This document shows, in pieces, positions 38,495 to 47,387 of a stretch of 64,000 nucleotides of DNA. A program made the position numbers and the translations under genes. Location of the stretch: the NCBI GenBank assembly GCA_964460755.1, contig CAYWQL010000003.1, positions 28,809 to 92,808 on the forward strand, given 5' to 3'. The number at the start of each line of letters is the position of its first letter. Position 1 is the stretch's first letter. Below the pieces are notes generated by a model that was not told the origin of the DNA, searched no databases, and saw only the letters and a list, made by a program, of their open reading frames with translations. The stretch comes from an uncultured Oscillospiraceae bacterium (GTDB lineage: Bacteria > Bacillota > Clostridia > Oscillospirales > Ruminococcaceae).

Positions 38495-39343
38495 TTATTT
38501 ATTGATGTAAAGCACTCCGAGAGTGTTCGGACCGCAATGACTCGCGATTGTACTGCCCGCCATGGTTTCGATAATTTCGCCGAAGTAGTTATAGCTTTCG
38601 ACCTGCTTCCTCACCATTTCGACAAGCGAGTGGTCTTCCACCGTATGGGTGATAAAAATACGCTTTGGCTCAATTCCTTCAATATTCGAAAGCCTGTCGG
38701 AAACGTACTGCGTAAGACAAGACGAATATGCGCCCTTGTATTTTTTATAAACGCCCATAGCTCCGTCGTGAACCTCGATACAGGGCTTAAGCTTAAGCAT
38801 ATTCGCGCCGAGCATCGAAAGCGCCGAGCAACGTCCGCCCTTATAAAGATACTCGAGCGTATCAATAATAAAGCTGGCGTCGACACGGGGAATAACGTCC
38901 GAAAGGAAGTCGAAAATTTCTTTTCCGCTCTTACCCTCGTTTGCCATTTCCGCGGCTATCATAACCGAGTGACCGCTTCCTGAGGAAAGGTTTCGGGAGT
39001 CAACGACATATACCCCCTCAACCTCCGCCGCGGCGATGCTCGCGTTTTGAAAGCTGCTTGACATATCGCTGCTTATTGAGATATGAACAACCTCGTATCC
39101 CTTGCCTGTAAGCTCGCGAAAAAGCTCCTCGTAATCGGCAAGATTAACCGCCGAGGTCTTGGTAAGCTGTTTTGTCCGGTTATAGTAGTCGAAGACACCC
39201 TTCTGGTCGATTTCAACGCCGTCCTTTAAAATGTTCTCGCCCTGAATTGCATACAATGACGTGATGGTTATATTGTATTTTTCGATTATTTCTTTTGATA
39301 AATCGCAGGTGCTGTCTGCGGTAACGACGACCTTTTTTTTCAT
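38495..39343 (-). CDS. DegV family fatty-acid-binding protein
   Basis: The start was moved to ATG 39343 (MKKKVVVTADSTCDLS) after AGAGGAG. 282 aa. Confidence 0.85.
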   Translation of the reverse strand: MKKKVVVTADSTCDLSKEIIEKYNITITSLYAIQGENILKDGVEIDQKGVFDYYNRTKQLTKTSAVNLADYEELFRELTGKGYEVVHISISSDMSSSFQNASIAAAEVEGVYVVDSRNLSSGSGHSVMIAAEMANEGKSGKEIFDFLSDVIPRVDASFIIDTLEYLYKGGRCSALSMLGANMLKLKPCIEVHDGAMGVYKKYKGAYSSCLTQYVSDRLSNIEGIEPKRIFITHTVEDHSLVEMVRKQVESYNYFGEIIETMAGSTIASHCGPNTLGVLYINK

Positions 39344-39430
39344 AAACGCTCCTCTTGAATAATTTTTGTTCACACTTAGTTTACAATTTTTCAAGAGTTT
39401 TTGCAAGGCATATCGAGTATAAGCCAAGAA

Positions 39431-41308
39431 TTACATAAGCTCGCAGATTAAATTTGAAAACTCGACGGCGTCCTCGATGGGAAGCCCCTCAATCAAAAGA
39501 GCCTGATTATAAAGGAGTTTCGCGTATCTTCCGACCTTGTCCTTGTCGGTTTCAAAAAGCTTGTTCAGCGTCTCAAAAATCGGGTGAGCCGAATTAATTT
39601 CAAGCACTCTTGTCGCTTTAAGCTCCTTTTCGCTTCCCGGTATTGCCGAAAGCACCTTTTCCATTTCGAGTGAAATGGCTCCCTCACTCGTAAGGCAGAC
39701 AGGGTGGCTCTTGAGTCTTGTGGAAACACGAACCTCGCTTACCTTTCCGTCAAGGGCGTTTTTCATACATTCGAACAGGTCTTTGCTTTCCTCGCTCTTC
39801 TTTTCAAGCTCCTTTTTTTCCTCCTCGGTTTCAAGCCCGAGGTCTCCGCTCGAAATCGAAAGGAAAGTCTTTCCGTCGTATGCGCCGAGCATACCCGCAA
39901 GGAACTCGTCAACCTCGTCGGTCATACACAGCAAATCAAAGCCCTTGTCGCGCACAAGCTCCGCCTGCGGAAGCTTCGAAAGCTTTTCAAAGCTCTCGCC
40001 CGCCGCATAATAAATTTTTTCCTGATTTTCCGGCATAGCGTCGCGGTATTCTTTAAGGCTGACATACTTTCCGTCCGAAGCGCGGCGGAAAATAAGAAGC
40101 TCCTCAAGCGTTTCCTTAGCCGCCCCAAAGGATTTATATATTCCGTATTTCAGGGTAAGACCGAAGCTGTCGAAGAATTTTTCATACTTTTCGCGGTCGT
40201 TCGCCATCATCTCGACAAGCTCTTTTTTTATCCTCTTTTCAATAGCGTTGCGAATAATAGCAAGCCGCCCGTCCTTTTGAAGCGTCTCACGGGAAATATT
40301 AAGCGAAAGGTCCTGAGAATCAACAAGCCCCTTGACGAAGCCGAAATATTCCGGAAGAAGTCCTGAGCATTTTTCCATAATCAAAACATTGCTCGTATAA
40401 AGGGTAAGTCCGCGTTCAAAATCCTTGGTGTAATAGTCAAAATCGGGCTTTTCGGGAATGAAAAGAAGGGCATAATATTCCGTGCTCCCTTCGGCGTGCT
40501 GGTGAATAATCGAAATCGGCTCCTTGTTGTCGTAAAAGCGGCAATAAAAGCTCTTGTACTCCTCGTCGGTAACCTCTTTCTTCGCCCGCTTCCAAATGGG
40601 TATCATCGTATTGAGCACGGCGTTTTCCGTATAGGTTTCGTATTCGTCGCCGCCCTCTTTTTTGCGGGTCTTTTCCATATCCATTTTTATCGGATATCTT
40701 ATATAGTCCGAATACTTTTTAACAAGCTCGGATATGCGGTAGCTGTCGAGAAATTCGCAATAATCGTCCTCGTCGGTATCGTCCTTGATTTCAAGCACAA
40801 TCTTCGTGCCCGCACGCTTCATATCAAAATACGGCTCTATGGTATATCCGTCGACACCGCTCGACTCCCACTTGTTCGCTTCCTTTTCACCGAAGCCAAG
40901 GCTGTACACCGTTATCTTCTTTGCGACCATAAACGCCGAATAAAAGCCTACGCCGAATTGACCGATTATGTCGACGTCGTCGACCTTCTCGTTCTCGCTT
41001 GTAAATTCGCGCGAGCCGCTCTTCGCTATCGTTCCGAGGTTATTTTCAAGCTCGTCCTTTGTCATGCCTATACCGTTGTCCTCGACCGTAAGGGTTCGCT
41101 TATCCTTATCTATTGAAAGGTTGATTTGAAAGTCGTTTCGGTTAAGCTTTATCTTTTGATTGGTAAGCGATTTAAAATAAAGCTTGTCGAGCGCGTCGCT
41201 CGCGTTGGAGATAAGCTCGCGCAGAAAAATCTCACGATTTGTGTAAATCGAGTTTATCATCAGGTCTAAAATTCTCTTAGACTCGGTTTTAAATTGTTTT
41301 TTCGCCAT
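39431..41308 (-). CDS. htpG: molecular chaperone HtpG (Hsp90)
   Basis: ELISNASDALDKLYF and GQFGVGFYSAF motifs. 625 aa. AGGAGG SD. Confidence 0.95.
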   Translation of the reverse strand: MAKKQFKTESKRILDLMINSIYTNREIFLRELISNASDALDKLYFKSLTNQKIKLNRNDFQINLSIDKDKRTLTVEDNGIGMTKDELENNLGTIAKSGSREFTSENEKVDDVDIIGQFGVGFYSAFMVAKKITVYSLGFGEKEANKWESSGVDGYTIEPYFDMKRAGTKIVLEIKDDTDEDDYCEFLDSYRISELVKKYSDYIRYPIKMDMEKTRKKEGGDEYETYTENAVLNTMIPIWKRAKKEVTDEEYKSFYCRFYDNKEPISIIHQHAEGSTEYYALLFIPEKPDFDYYTKDFERGLTLYTSNVLIMEKCSGLLPEYFGFVKGLVDSQDLSLNISRETLQKDGRLAIIRNAIEKRIKKELVEMMANDREKYEKFFDSFGLTLKYGIYKSFGAAKETLEELLIFRRASDGKYVSLKEYRDAMPENQEKIYYAAGESFEKLSKLPQAELVRDKGFDLLCMTDEVDEFLAGMLGAYDGKTFLSISSGDLGLETEEEKKELEKKSEESKDLFECMKNALDGKVSEVRVSTRLKSHPVCLTSEGAISLEMEKVLSAIPGSEKELKATRVLEINSAHPIFETLNKLFETDKDKVGRYAKLLYNQALLIEGLPIEDAVEFSNLICELM

Positions 41309-41335
41309 AAAAATGCCTCCTAAAAAATTTTACTG

Positions 41336-41362
41336 TTAGCACTCGATATATTTGAGTGCTAA
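41336..41362. promoter_or_regulatory. CIRCE operator (HrcA binding site)
   Basis: Exact consensus TTAGCACTC-N9-GAGTGCTAA. The inverted repeat extends to 15 bp per arm (41330-41344 and 41354-41368). Confidence 0.9.
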
Positions 41363-41366
41363 CAGT

Positions 41367-41395
41367 AATATACTCTTATTTTTCTGAAAAATCAA
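41367..41395 (-). promoter_or_regulatory. sigma-A type promoter of htpG
   Basis: On the minus strand: TTGATT (41395-41390), 17-nt spacer, TATATT (41372-41367), immediately upstream of CIRCE. Confidence 0.6.
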
Positions 41396-42570
41396 GCCCT
41401 TGTTATCTTAGCTATTCCGTTTTTCACCGCATCCTCCGCGACCGCCTTGGCGACGACGTCGGCGACCGATTTGTCGAGCGCGGACGGAATGATATAGTCC
41501 TTCGAAAGCTGCTCGTCGCTCACAAGCGAGGCGAGCGCATAAGCGGCGGCTTGCTTCATGCTTTCGGTTATTTCGCTCGCGCGAACCGAAAGCGCCCCCT
41601 TGAACATTCCGGGGAAAACAAGCACGTTATTTATCTGGTTCGGAAAGTCCGAGCGACCCGTTCCAACAACCGCCGCACCGCCCTTAAGCGCTTCGTCGGG
41701 CATTATTTCGGGTACGGGGTTTGACATTGCGAACACAAGCGGCTCATTCATTTCAGCAACCATTTCCGCTGTAACGAGATTGGGCCCAGAAACTCCGACG
41801 AAGGCGTCCGCGCCCTTCAAAGCGTCGCTGAGCGTTCCCTTTAGTTTGTCGCGGTTGCTTATCTTCGCCATTTCCTGCTTGGACAAATTCAGCCGCTCGT
41901 CACCCTCGCATATTATGCCCTTGCTGTCGCACATAATGATTTCGCCAAACTTCATATCGATAAGAAGCTTTGCGATAGCGATGCCCGCCGCGCCCGCTCC
42001 GTTAACGACGATTTTAAGCGCGCCCATCTTCTTTTTCGTAAGCCTTACGGCATTCAGCATCGCCGCGCAGACGACGATAGCCGTTCCGTGCTGGTCGTCG
42101 TGGAAAACGGGAATATCACAAAGCTCTTTTAAGCGTCTTTCGACCTCAAAGCAGCGCGGAGCGGAAATGTCCTCAAGATTAATACCTCCGAAGCTTTTTG
42201 AAATCAAATATATCGTCTCAACCAGCTTGTCGACGTCGTGGGTATCCACGCATATCGGAAAAGCGTCAACATCGGCAAACTCCTTGAACAAAACGCATTT
42301 ACCCTCCATAACGGGCATACCCGCCGCCGGCCCGATATCGCCAAGGCCGAGCACCGCCGTGCCGTCGGTTATTACGGCGACGAGATTTCCTCGTCTGGTG
42401 AGCTCGAAGGACTTTTCATAGTCCTTGTTGATTACCCGACAGGGCTCAGCGACGCCGGGGGTATACGCGAGAGATAAATCCTCACGCGTCTTAATCGCAT
42501 AACGCGGAACGACCTCTATTTTTCCCTTCAGGTCATAGTGAAGCTGTAAAGCCTCTTGGTTAACGTCCAT
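41392..42570 (-). CDS. NAD(P)-dependent malic enzyme (short MaeB type)
   Basis: 392 aa. Motifs LSLAYTPGVA, VAVITDGTAVLGLGDIG and VVNGAGAAG. Confidence 0.85.
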   Translation of the reverse strand: MDVNQEALQLHYDLKGKIEVVPRYAIKTREDLSLAYTPGVAEPCRVINKDYEKSFELTRRGNLVAVITDGTAVLGLGDIGPAAGMPVMEGKCVLFKEFADVDAFPICVDTHDVDKLVETIYLISKSFGGINLEDISAPRCFEVERRLKELCDIPVFHDDQHGTAIVVCAAMLNAVRLTKKKMGALKIVVNGAGAAGIAIAKLLIDMKFGEIIMCDSKGIICEGDERLNLSKQEMAKISNRDKLKGTLSDALKGADAFVGVSGPNLVTAEMVAEMNEPLVFAMSNPVPEIMPDEALKGGAAVVGTGRSDFPNQINNVLVFPGMFKGALSVRASEITESMKQAAAYALASLVSDEQLSKDYIIPSALDKSVADVVAKAVAEDAVKNGIAKITRA

Positions 42571-42595
42571 ATCTAAAAATTCCTTTCAAAATTAT

Positions 42596-43960
42596 CTATA
42601 TCATCTCTTCGGGTTTGAAAACCTCGTCAAATTTATCCGCCGTAAGAAAGCCGAGCGCAACACACGCCTCTTTAAGCGAAATATCCTCCTTATACGCCTT
42701 TTTTACGGTCGCCGCGGCATTTTCATAGCCGATATGCGGATTTAACGCCGTGGCAAGCATAAGGGAATTATAAAGATTGCTTTTCATCTTTTCTCTGTTC
42801 GCCGTAATACCGCAAACGCAATTTACCCTAAACGAATTAATCGCGTCGGTAAGCAGGCGAACCGATTGAAGAAAGTTGTATATGAGCACAGGCATAAACA
42901 CGTTGAGCTCAAAGTTGCCCTGCGACGCCGCCATACCGACCGCAACGTCGTTCGCTATAACCTGAACGGCAACCATAGTTACCGCCTCGCATTGGGTCGG
43001 ATTGACCTTTCCCGGCATAATCGAGCTTCCCGGCTCGTTTTCGGGTATATGTATTTCTCCAAGTCCGCAGCGTGGACCGCTTGAAAGAAAACGCACATCG
43101 TTCGCGATTTTCATAAGATTCGCCGCAAGCGCCTTAAGCGCACCGTGGGCGAAGACAAGCTCGTCCTTCGACGTAAGCGCGTGAAATTTGTTCGGCGCGG
43201 ATATAAAGGGTTTGCCCGTAAGAACGGAAACCTCTTTTGCCACTTCGTCGCCAAAGCCCTTCGGAGCGTTGAGTCCCGTTCCGACAGCCGTGCCTCCGAG
43301 AGCAAGACAGCTAAGCTCTTGTATGCTTGCCTTTAACATCGCAAGCGGCTTTTCGAGCATATTGCGCCATCCGCTTATCTCCTGCGAAAAAGCGATAGGC
43401 GTCGCGTCCTGCAAATGGGTTCTTCCCGTTTTGACTACTCCCTTATTTTCCCCTTCAAGACGAGAAAATTCATTAATAAGTCCTTCTATCGCGGGGAAAA
43501 GCTTGTCCTCAATTTCAACGACCGCCGCTATGTGCATAGCCGACGGAAAGGTGTCGTTGGAGCTTTGGGACATATTTATGTGGTCGTTCGGGTGAAGAAG
43601 CTTTTCTCCCGCCGCCGCATTTGCGACGTTCGCGACGACCTCGTTTACGTTCATATTCGACTGAGTACCGCTTCCCGTCTGCCACACAACGAGCGGAAAT
43701 TCGTCAAAAAGCTCGCCTTCAAGAATTTTGTCACAGGCGTCACATATTAAGCCGCATCGAACCTCGTCAAGCTTTCCGAGGTTTTTATTCGCCCTCGCCG
43801 CCGCTTTTTTCAGCGTCGCAAAAGCCGTGATTATCGGCTTGGGCATATGCTCGTCGCCGATTTTAAAGTTGTTGCGGCTTCTCTCGGTCTGCGCGCCCCA
43901 AAAACGCTCGCTCGGCACTCTTACCTCGCCCATGGTATCCTTTTCAATTCTATAATCCAT
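42596..43960 (-). CDS. fumC: class II fumarate hydratase
   Basis: GSSIMPGKVNPTQCE signature. The N-terminus MDYRIEKDTMGEVRVP. Confidence 0.95.
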   Translation of the reverse strand: MDYRIEKDTMGEVRVPSERFWGAQTERSRNNFKIGDEHMPKPIITAFATLKKAAARANKNLGKLDEVRCGLICDACDKILEGELFDEFPLVVWQTGSGTQSNMNVNEVVANVANAAAGEKLLHPNDHINMSQSSNDTFPSAMHIAAVVEIEDKLFPAIEGLINEFSRLEGENKGVVKTGRTHLQDATPIAFSQEISGWRNMLEKPLAMLKASIQELSCLALGGTAVGTGLNAPKGFGDEVAKEVSVLTGKPFISAPNKFHALTSKDELVFAHGALKALAANLMKIANDVRFLSSGPRCGLGEIHIPENEPGSSIMPGKVNPTQCEAVTMVAVQVIANDVAVGMAASQGNFELNVFMPVLIYNFLQSVRLLTDAINSFRVNCVCGITANREKMKSNLYNSLMLATALNPHIGYENAAATVKKAYKEDISLKEACVALGFLTADKFDEVFKPEEMI

Positions 43961-44176
43961 ATTGTTCCCTCACATATAGAATAAATATATTATTAATAAC
44001 GCTATTCGTCAAGCAAAAGCTGCTTGACGCGGTTGAGCCGAAGGGATTTAGAAACGACCGATTACCCTAAAAAGCACAAAAGCGGTTTTCATTAATATGT
44101 TTTCAAAATAGCCAAGCATACCGCCCCGTTTCAAATATATATTGTATCACATTTTTATACATTTTCTCTAACCGTC

Positions 44177-44205
44177 TTGCAAAATCGACCTCAATAGTCT
44201 AAAAT
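44177..44205 (+). promoter_or_regulatory. sigma-A type promoter for the ECF S-component
   Basis: TTGCAA (44177-44182), 17-nt spacer, TAAAAT (44200-44205). It is followed by a ~115-nt structured leader. Confidence 0.55.
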
Positions 44206-44325
44206 GTAAGCATAAATCGGCACGAAGCCGATGAGCTTATTCCGAAACATCGGAGAATTGCGCCATGAAGGTTGCTCATTTTTTGTGAACGCCTTTTTGG
44301 CGTATTATATTTTTCGGAGGTTTTT

Positions 44326-44847
44326 ATGAGCAAGGTCAAAAAATTAGTTTTCGCGGGGCTCTTGGTCGCCATAGGCGTCGCCCTGCCCATCGCCTTCCAT
44401 TCTGTTCCCAACGCGGGTATGGTCTTTCTTCCCATGCATATTCCCGTGCTTCTTTGCGGACTTATATGCGGTCCTCTTTACGGGCTTGCCTGTGGTATTT
44501 TAGCCCCGCTTTTGTCAAGTCTTCTTACGGGTATGCCCGTCGCGGCAATGCTTCCGTCCATGCTATGCGAGCTTGCGGTCTATGGTCTTGTCGCGGGACT
44601 TCTGCTTAAGCTCGTCAAGACGAAAAGCACGGCGCTCAACATTTACGTCGCACTCGTTGGAGCAATGCTCCTCGGAAGAGTTGTAAAAGGACTCGTCAAT
44701 GCTCTTATCTTTAACGTCGGGCAATATTCCCTCAAAATGTGGCTTACGTCGTCCTTCGTCACCTCAATTCCCGGAATAATCGCCCAAATTGTACTTATAC
44801 CGATTTTGATTCTCGCGCTAAAAAAAGCAAAGCTAATTACGCTATAA
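44326..44847 (+). CDS. orphan ECF transporter S component (substrate unknown)
   Basis: ATG 44326 follows CGGAGG. 173 aa, about 6 TM segments, with the motif LPMHIPVLLCGLICGP...LLTGMP. No ecfA/ecfT genes are adjacent. Confidence 0.65.
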   Translation: MSKVKKLVFAGLLVAIGVALPIAFHSVPNAGMVFLPMHIPVLLCGLICGPLYGLACGILAPLLSSLLTGMPVAAMLPSMLCELAVYGLVAGLLLKLVKTKSTALNIYVALVGAMLLGRVVKGLVNALIFNVGQYSLKMWLTSSFVTSIPGIIAQIVLIPILILALKKAKLITL

Positions 44848-44878
44848 AAAGAAGAGCCCCGTCGAGGGCTCTTTTTTT
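44846..44878. terminator. bidirectional intrinsic terminator
   Basis: AGAGCCC-N6-GGGCTCT hairpin with flanking A5 and T7 runs. Confidence 0.8.
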
Positions 44879-44881
44879 GCT

Positions 44882-45289
44882 CTATTTCGTCATTTGCTTA
44901 ATCATTTCGACCGCCTGCTCAATATATTCGTTTATTGTAAACTCCTTCGTGCCAACAACCGTTATTTTGCATTTGTTGATAGGAACAAGAATCTTTTGCG
45001 CTCGACTTTCTGATACGGCAAGCGCCATTCGCGGCGTTATTTCGCCAAGAAGGGAATTTGCCGCTACTATTCCGACAGGTCCGACTATCACGTCCGCCTC
45101 GCACGACAAAACAACGACGGGATTTTCCCCAGTCGCCCCCTCGGACGCCCCCGCCTTCATCATCGCCGCCGTCGCAATCGAATTGGTTCCGACCGCAATC
45201 AGCTCACCCTCGACCTTTGCCGCCGCAAGCCGTTCAATTATCGTTTTTCCTATTCTTCCGCCCTGTCCGTCTATTACAAGTATTTTCAT
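44882..45289 (-). CDS. DUF3842-like small soluble protein
   Basis: 135 aa, beginning MKILVIDGQGGRIGKTIIERL. The family name is from memory and the function is unknown. Confidence 0.55.
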   Translation of the reverse strand: MKILVIDGQGGRIGKTIIERLAAAKVEGELIAVGTNSIATAAMMKAGASEGATGENPVVVLSCEADVIVGPVGIVAANSLLGEITPRMALAVSESRAQKILVPINKCKITVVGTKEFTINEYIEQAVEMIKQMTK

Positions 45290-45351
45290 AGTAATTTTCC
45301 TTCATTTTGTTATAGGTTCATTTTACCCGTTTGTTTCGATGAATGCAAATG

Positions 45352-45380
45352 TTGACAAAGTCGAAAAATAGTGTTATATT
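45352..45380 (+). promoter_or_regulatory. near-consensus extended -10 promoter of the ytrA-like ABC operon
   Basis: TTGACA (45352-45357), 17-nt spacer ending in TGT, then TATATT (45375-45380). Confidence 0.65.
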
Positions 45381-45406
45381 GTGTATACACCGTATACACA
45401 ATATAA
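45374..45406. promoter_or_regulatory. perfect 15-bp inverted repeat, putative GntR/YtrA operator
   Basis: TTATATTGTGTATAC-ACC-GTATACACAATATAA overlaps the -10 element and the transcription start. Confidence 0.7.
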
Positions 45407-45420
45407 AAGGACGATGTATT

Positions 45421-46266
45421 ATGGGCAATATTCTAACGGTAAATAATCTTTGCAAAAACTACGAGGCGTTTTCTCTCAAGAACGTGTCCTTCTCGCTCGA
45501 CAAGGGCTACATAATGGGCTTTATCGGACGTAACGGCGCGGGTAAAACGACAACGCTTAAAACGATGTTCAATCTCGTGCATCATGACAGCGGAACGGTC
45601 GAAATGTTTGGCAAGGACTTCTTTGAAAACGAGCTTTTCTGCAAACAGCATTCCTCGTTTATGCTTGGCGGAGCAAACTATTTTGTTTCGAAAAAGCTTA
45701 AAACGATAAAAAGCGTCGTCAAAAAATTCTATGACGAATGGGACGACGAGGCGTACAAAAGCTACATATCCCTTTTTAAGCTTGACGAAAACAAAAAGGT
45801 AAGCGAGCTTTCCGAAGGTATGAAGGTTAAATTCGGGCTTGCGCTCGCTATGTCGCACAACGCAAAATTCCTCGTGCTTGACGAGCCGACGAGCGGACTT
45901 GACCCCGTATCGCGCGACGAGCTTCTTGAAATATTCCAAAAGCTTATCGCCGACGGCGAAAGAAGTATTCTTTTCTCGACCCACATTATCTCCGACCTTG
46001 AAAAATGCGCGGACTACATCACCTACATAAAAGAGGGCGAAATTCTCGCTTCCACCGAAAAGGACGCCTTTATCGACGGCTATCGCGTTGTTCAGGGCAA
46101 AAACGACCAGCTTAACGACGAAATGAAGAAAAAGCTAATCGGCATAAAAAACAACGCCTTCGGCTGGAACGCGCTTATTAAAAAGGAAGACCTTTCGCTC
46201 GTAAAGGGGCTTGAAATCGCCCTGCCAGACCTTGAAACCATTATGGTTCATATTGAAAAGGAGTAG
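45421..46266 (+). CDS. ABC transporter ATP-binding protein (ABC-2 type)
   Basis: ATG 45421. Walker A GRNGAGKTT, signature LSEGMKVK and Walker B LVLDEPTSGLD. Confidence 0.9.
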   Translation: MGNILTVNNLCKNYEAFSLKNVSFSLDKGYIMGFIGRNGAGKTTTLKTMFNLVHHDSGTVEMFGKDFFENELFCKQHSSFMLGGANYFVSKKLKTIKSVVKKFYDEWDDEAYKSYISLFKLDENKKVSELSEGMKVKFGLALAMSHNAKFLVLDEPTSGLDPVSRDELLEIFQKLIADGERSILFSTHIISDLEKCADYITYIKEGEILASTEKDAFIDGYRVVQGKNDQLNDEMKKKLIGIKNNAFGWNALIKKEDLSLVKGLEIALPDLETIMVHIEKE

Positions 46267-46270
46267 CGAA

Positions 46271-46918
46271 ATGAAAAACTTAATCAGCAAAGAGCTTAAA
46301 CTCGCTCTTCATCCGACAAATATTATCTTTCTGGCCTTTGGCATAATGCTTCTTATCCCAAGCTATCCTTACTATGTCGCCTTCTTTTACGTCTGTCTCG
46401 GAATCTTCTTTTTGTTCCTCAACGGACGTGAAAACAACGACGTTTTCTTTACAACCACGCTTCCCGTTAAAAAGAGCGACGTTGTAAAGGCGCGGTGCAT
46501 AACCGTCGCGCTCATCGAAACCGTGACGATAATAATTTCTGTTCCCTTTGCTTTTCTCGGCGTTGCGATTAACCCGAACGCCGCGGGCAACGAAGCGGGA
46601 ATTGAAGCGAACGTCGCCTTCTTCGGTTTTGTGTTTATTATGTTTGCGATTTTTAACGTGATATTTATTCCTAAGTTTTATAAAACAACCTTAAAGCTCG
46701 GTATGCCCTTCGTCCTGTCGTCAACCGCTATGGTGATTTTTATAGGCGTCGCCGAGGTCTTCACAAACGCCGTTTTCAAGGACTTTCTCGACACAACCGA
46801 GTCCGACATAATGATAAAGCAAATCCCCATTCTCGTCGCGGGCATTGCGATATTTCTTATTCTTACGTTTGCGGCATACAAGCTTGCGTCCAAGCGCTTT
46901 GAAGAAGTAGATTTATAG
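46271..46918 (+). CDS. ABC-2 family membrane protein
   Basis: ATG 46271 follows AAAAGGAG. 215 aa, about 6 TM segments. Confidence 0.7.
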   Translation: MKNLISKELKLALHPTNIIFLAFGIMLLIPSYPYYVAFFYVCLGIFFLFLNGRENNDVFFTTTLPVKKSDVVKARCITVALIETVTIIISVPFAFLGVAINPNAAGNEAGIEANVAFFGFVFIMFAIFNVIFIPKFYKTTLKLGMPFVLSSTAMVIFIGVAEVFTNAVFKDFLDTTESDIMIKQIPILVAGIAIFLILTFAAYKLASKRFEEVDL

Positions 46919-46921
46919 GCT

Positions 46922-47293
46922 ATGGACATCGTTATCGTCAACACCTCGGACAAACCGATATATCAGCAGATATACGAGCAAATAAGCGCGCAGATAATTA
47001 AGGGCGAGCTTCAAAGCGACATCTGTCTTCCGCCGATAAGAACGGTCGCCGCCGAGCTTCGAATAAGCGTCATCACGGTCAAAAAGGCGTGGGAGACCCT
47101 CGAGCAAAAGGGTTTTATCTACACCATGGCCGGAAAGGGCTGCTTCGTCGCTCCGCTGCATCCGAACGAGCTTTCCGACAAGCGTTCGTCAATCGTCGCC
47201 GAAAAGGTGAAAAAGGACGTCGAATACTACAAGACGCTCGGTCTTTCGCTCGACGAGCTAAAGGGGCTTTTTGACGAATATTTCGGCAAATAA
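46922..47293 (+). CDS. GntR-family transcriptional regulator, YtrA subfamily
   Basis: 123 aa. Winged-helix motif PIYQQIYEQI...LPPIRTVAAELRISVITVKKAWETLEQKGFI followed by a short C-terminal tail. Confidence 0.85.
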   Translation: MDIVIVNTSDKPIYQQIYEQISAQIIKGELQSDICLPPIRTVAAELRISVITVKKAWETLEQKGFIYTMAGKGCFVAPLHPNELSDKRSSIVAEKVKKDVEYYKTLGLSLDELKGLFDEYFGK

Positions 47294-47304
47294 CCGCACT
47301 TTTT

Positions 47305-47337
47305 AAATGCCTCAAAAAGAGGCATTTATTTTTTTTT
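47305..47337 (+). terminator. intrinsic terminator
   Basis: AAATGCCTC-N5-GAGGCATTT hairpin followed by a long T-run. Confidence 0.85.
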
Positions 47338-47387
47338 AACAATGTGTTATTATAGGTATATAAACCAAATGACATTGGGGAGTCACC

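Noticed and set aside
44265-44288. A seven-codon upstream ORF (MKVAHFL) with a GGAGA SD inside the ECF S-component leader, as a possible leader peptide.
   Set aside because: It is too short and has no informative codons (no run of one amino acid) to support an attenuation model. It could be chance. It is mentioned only as part of the leader finding.
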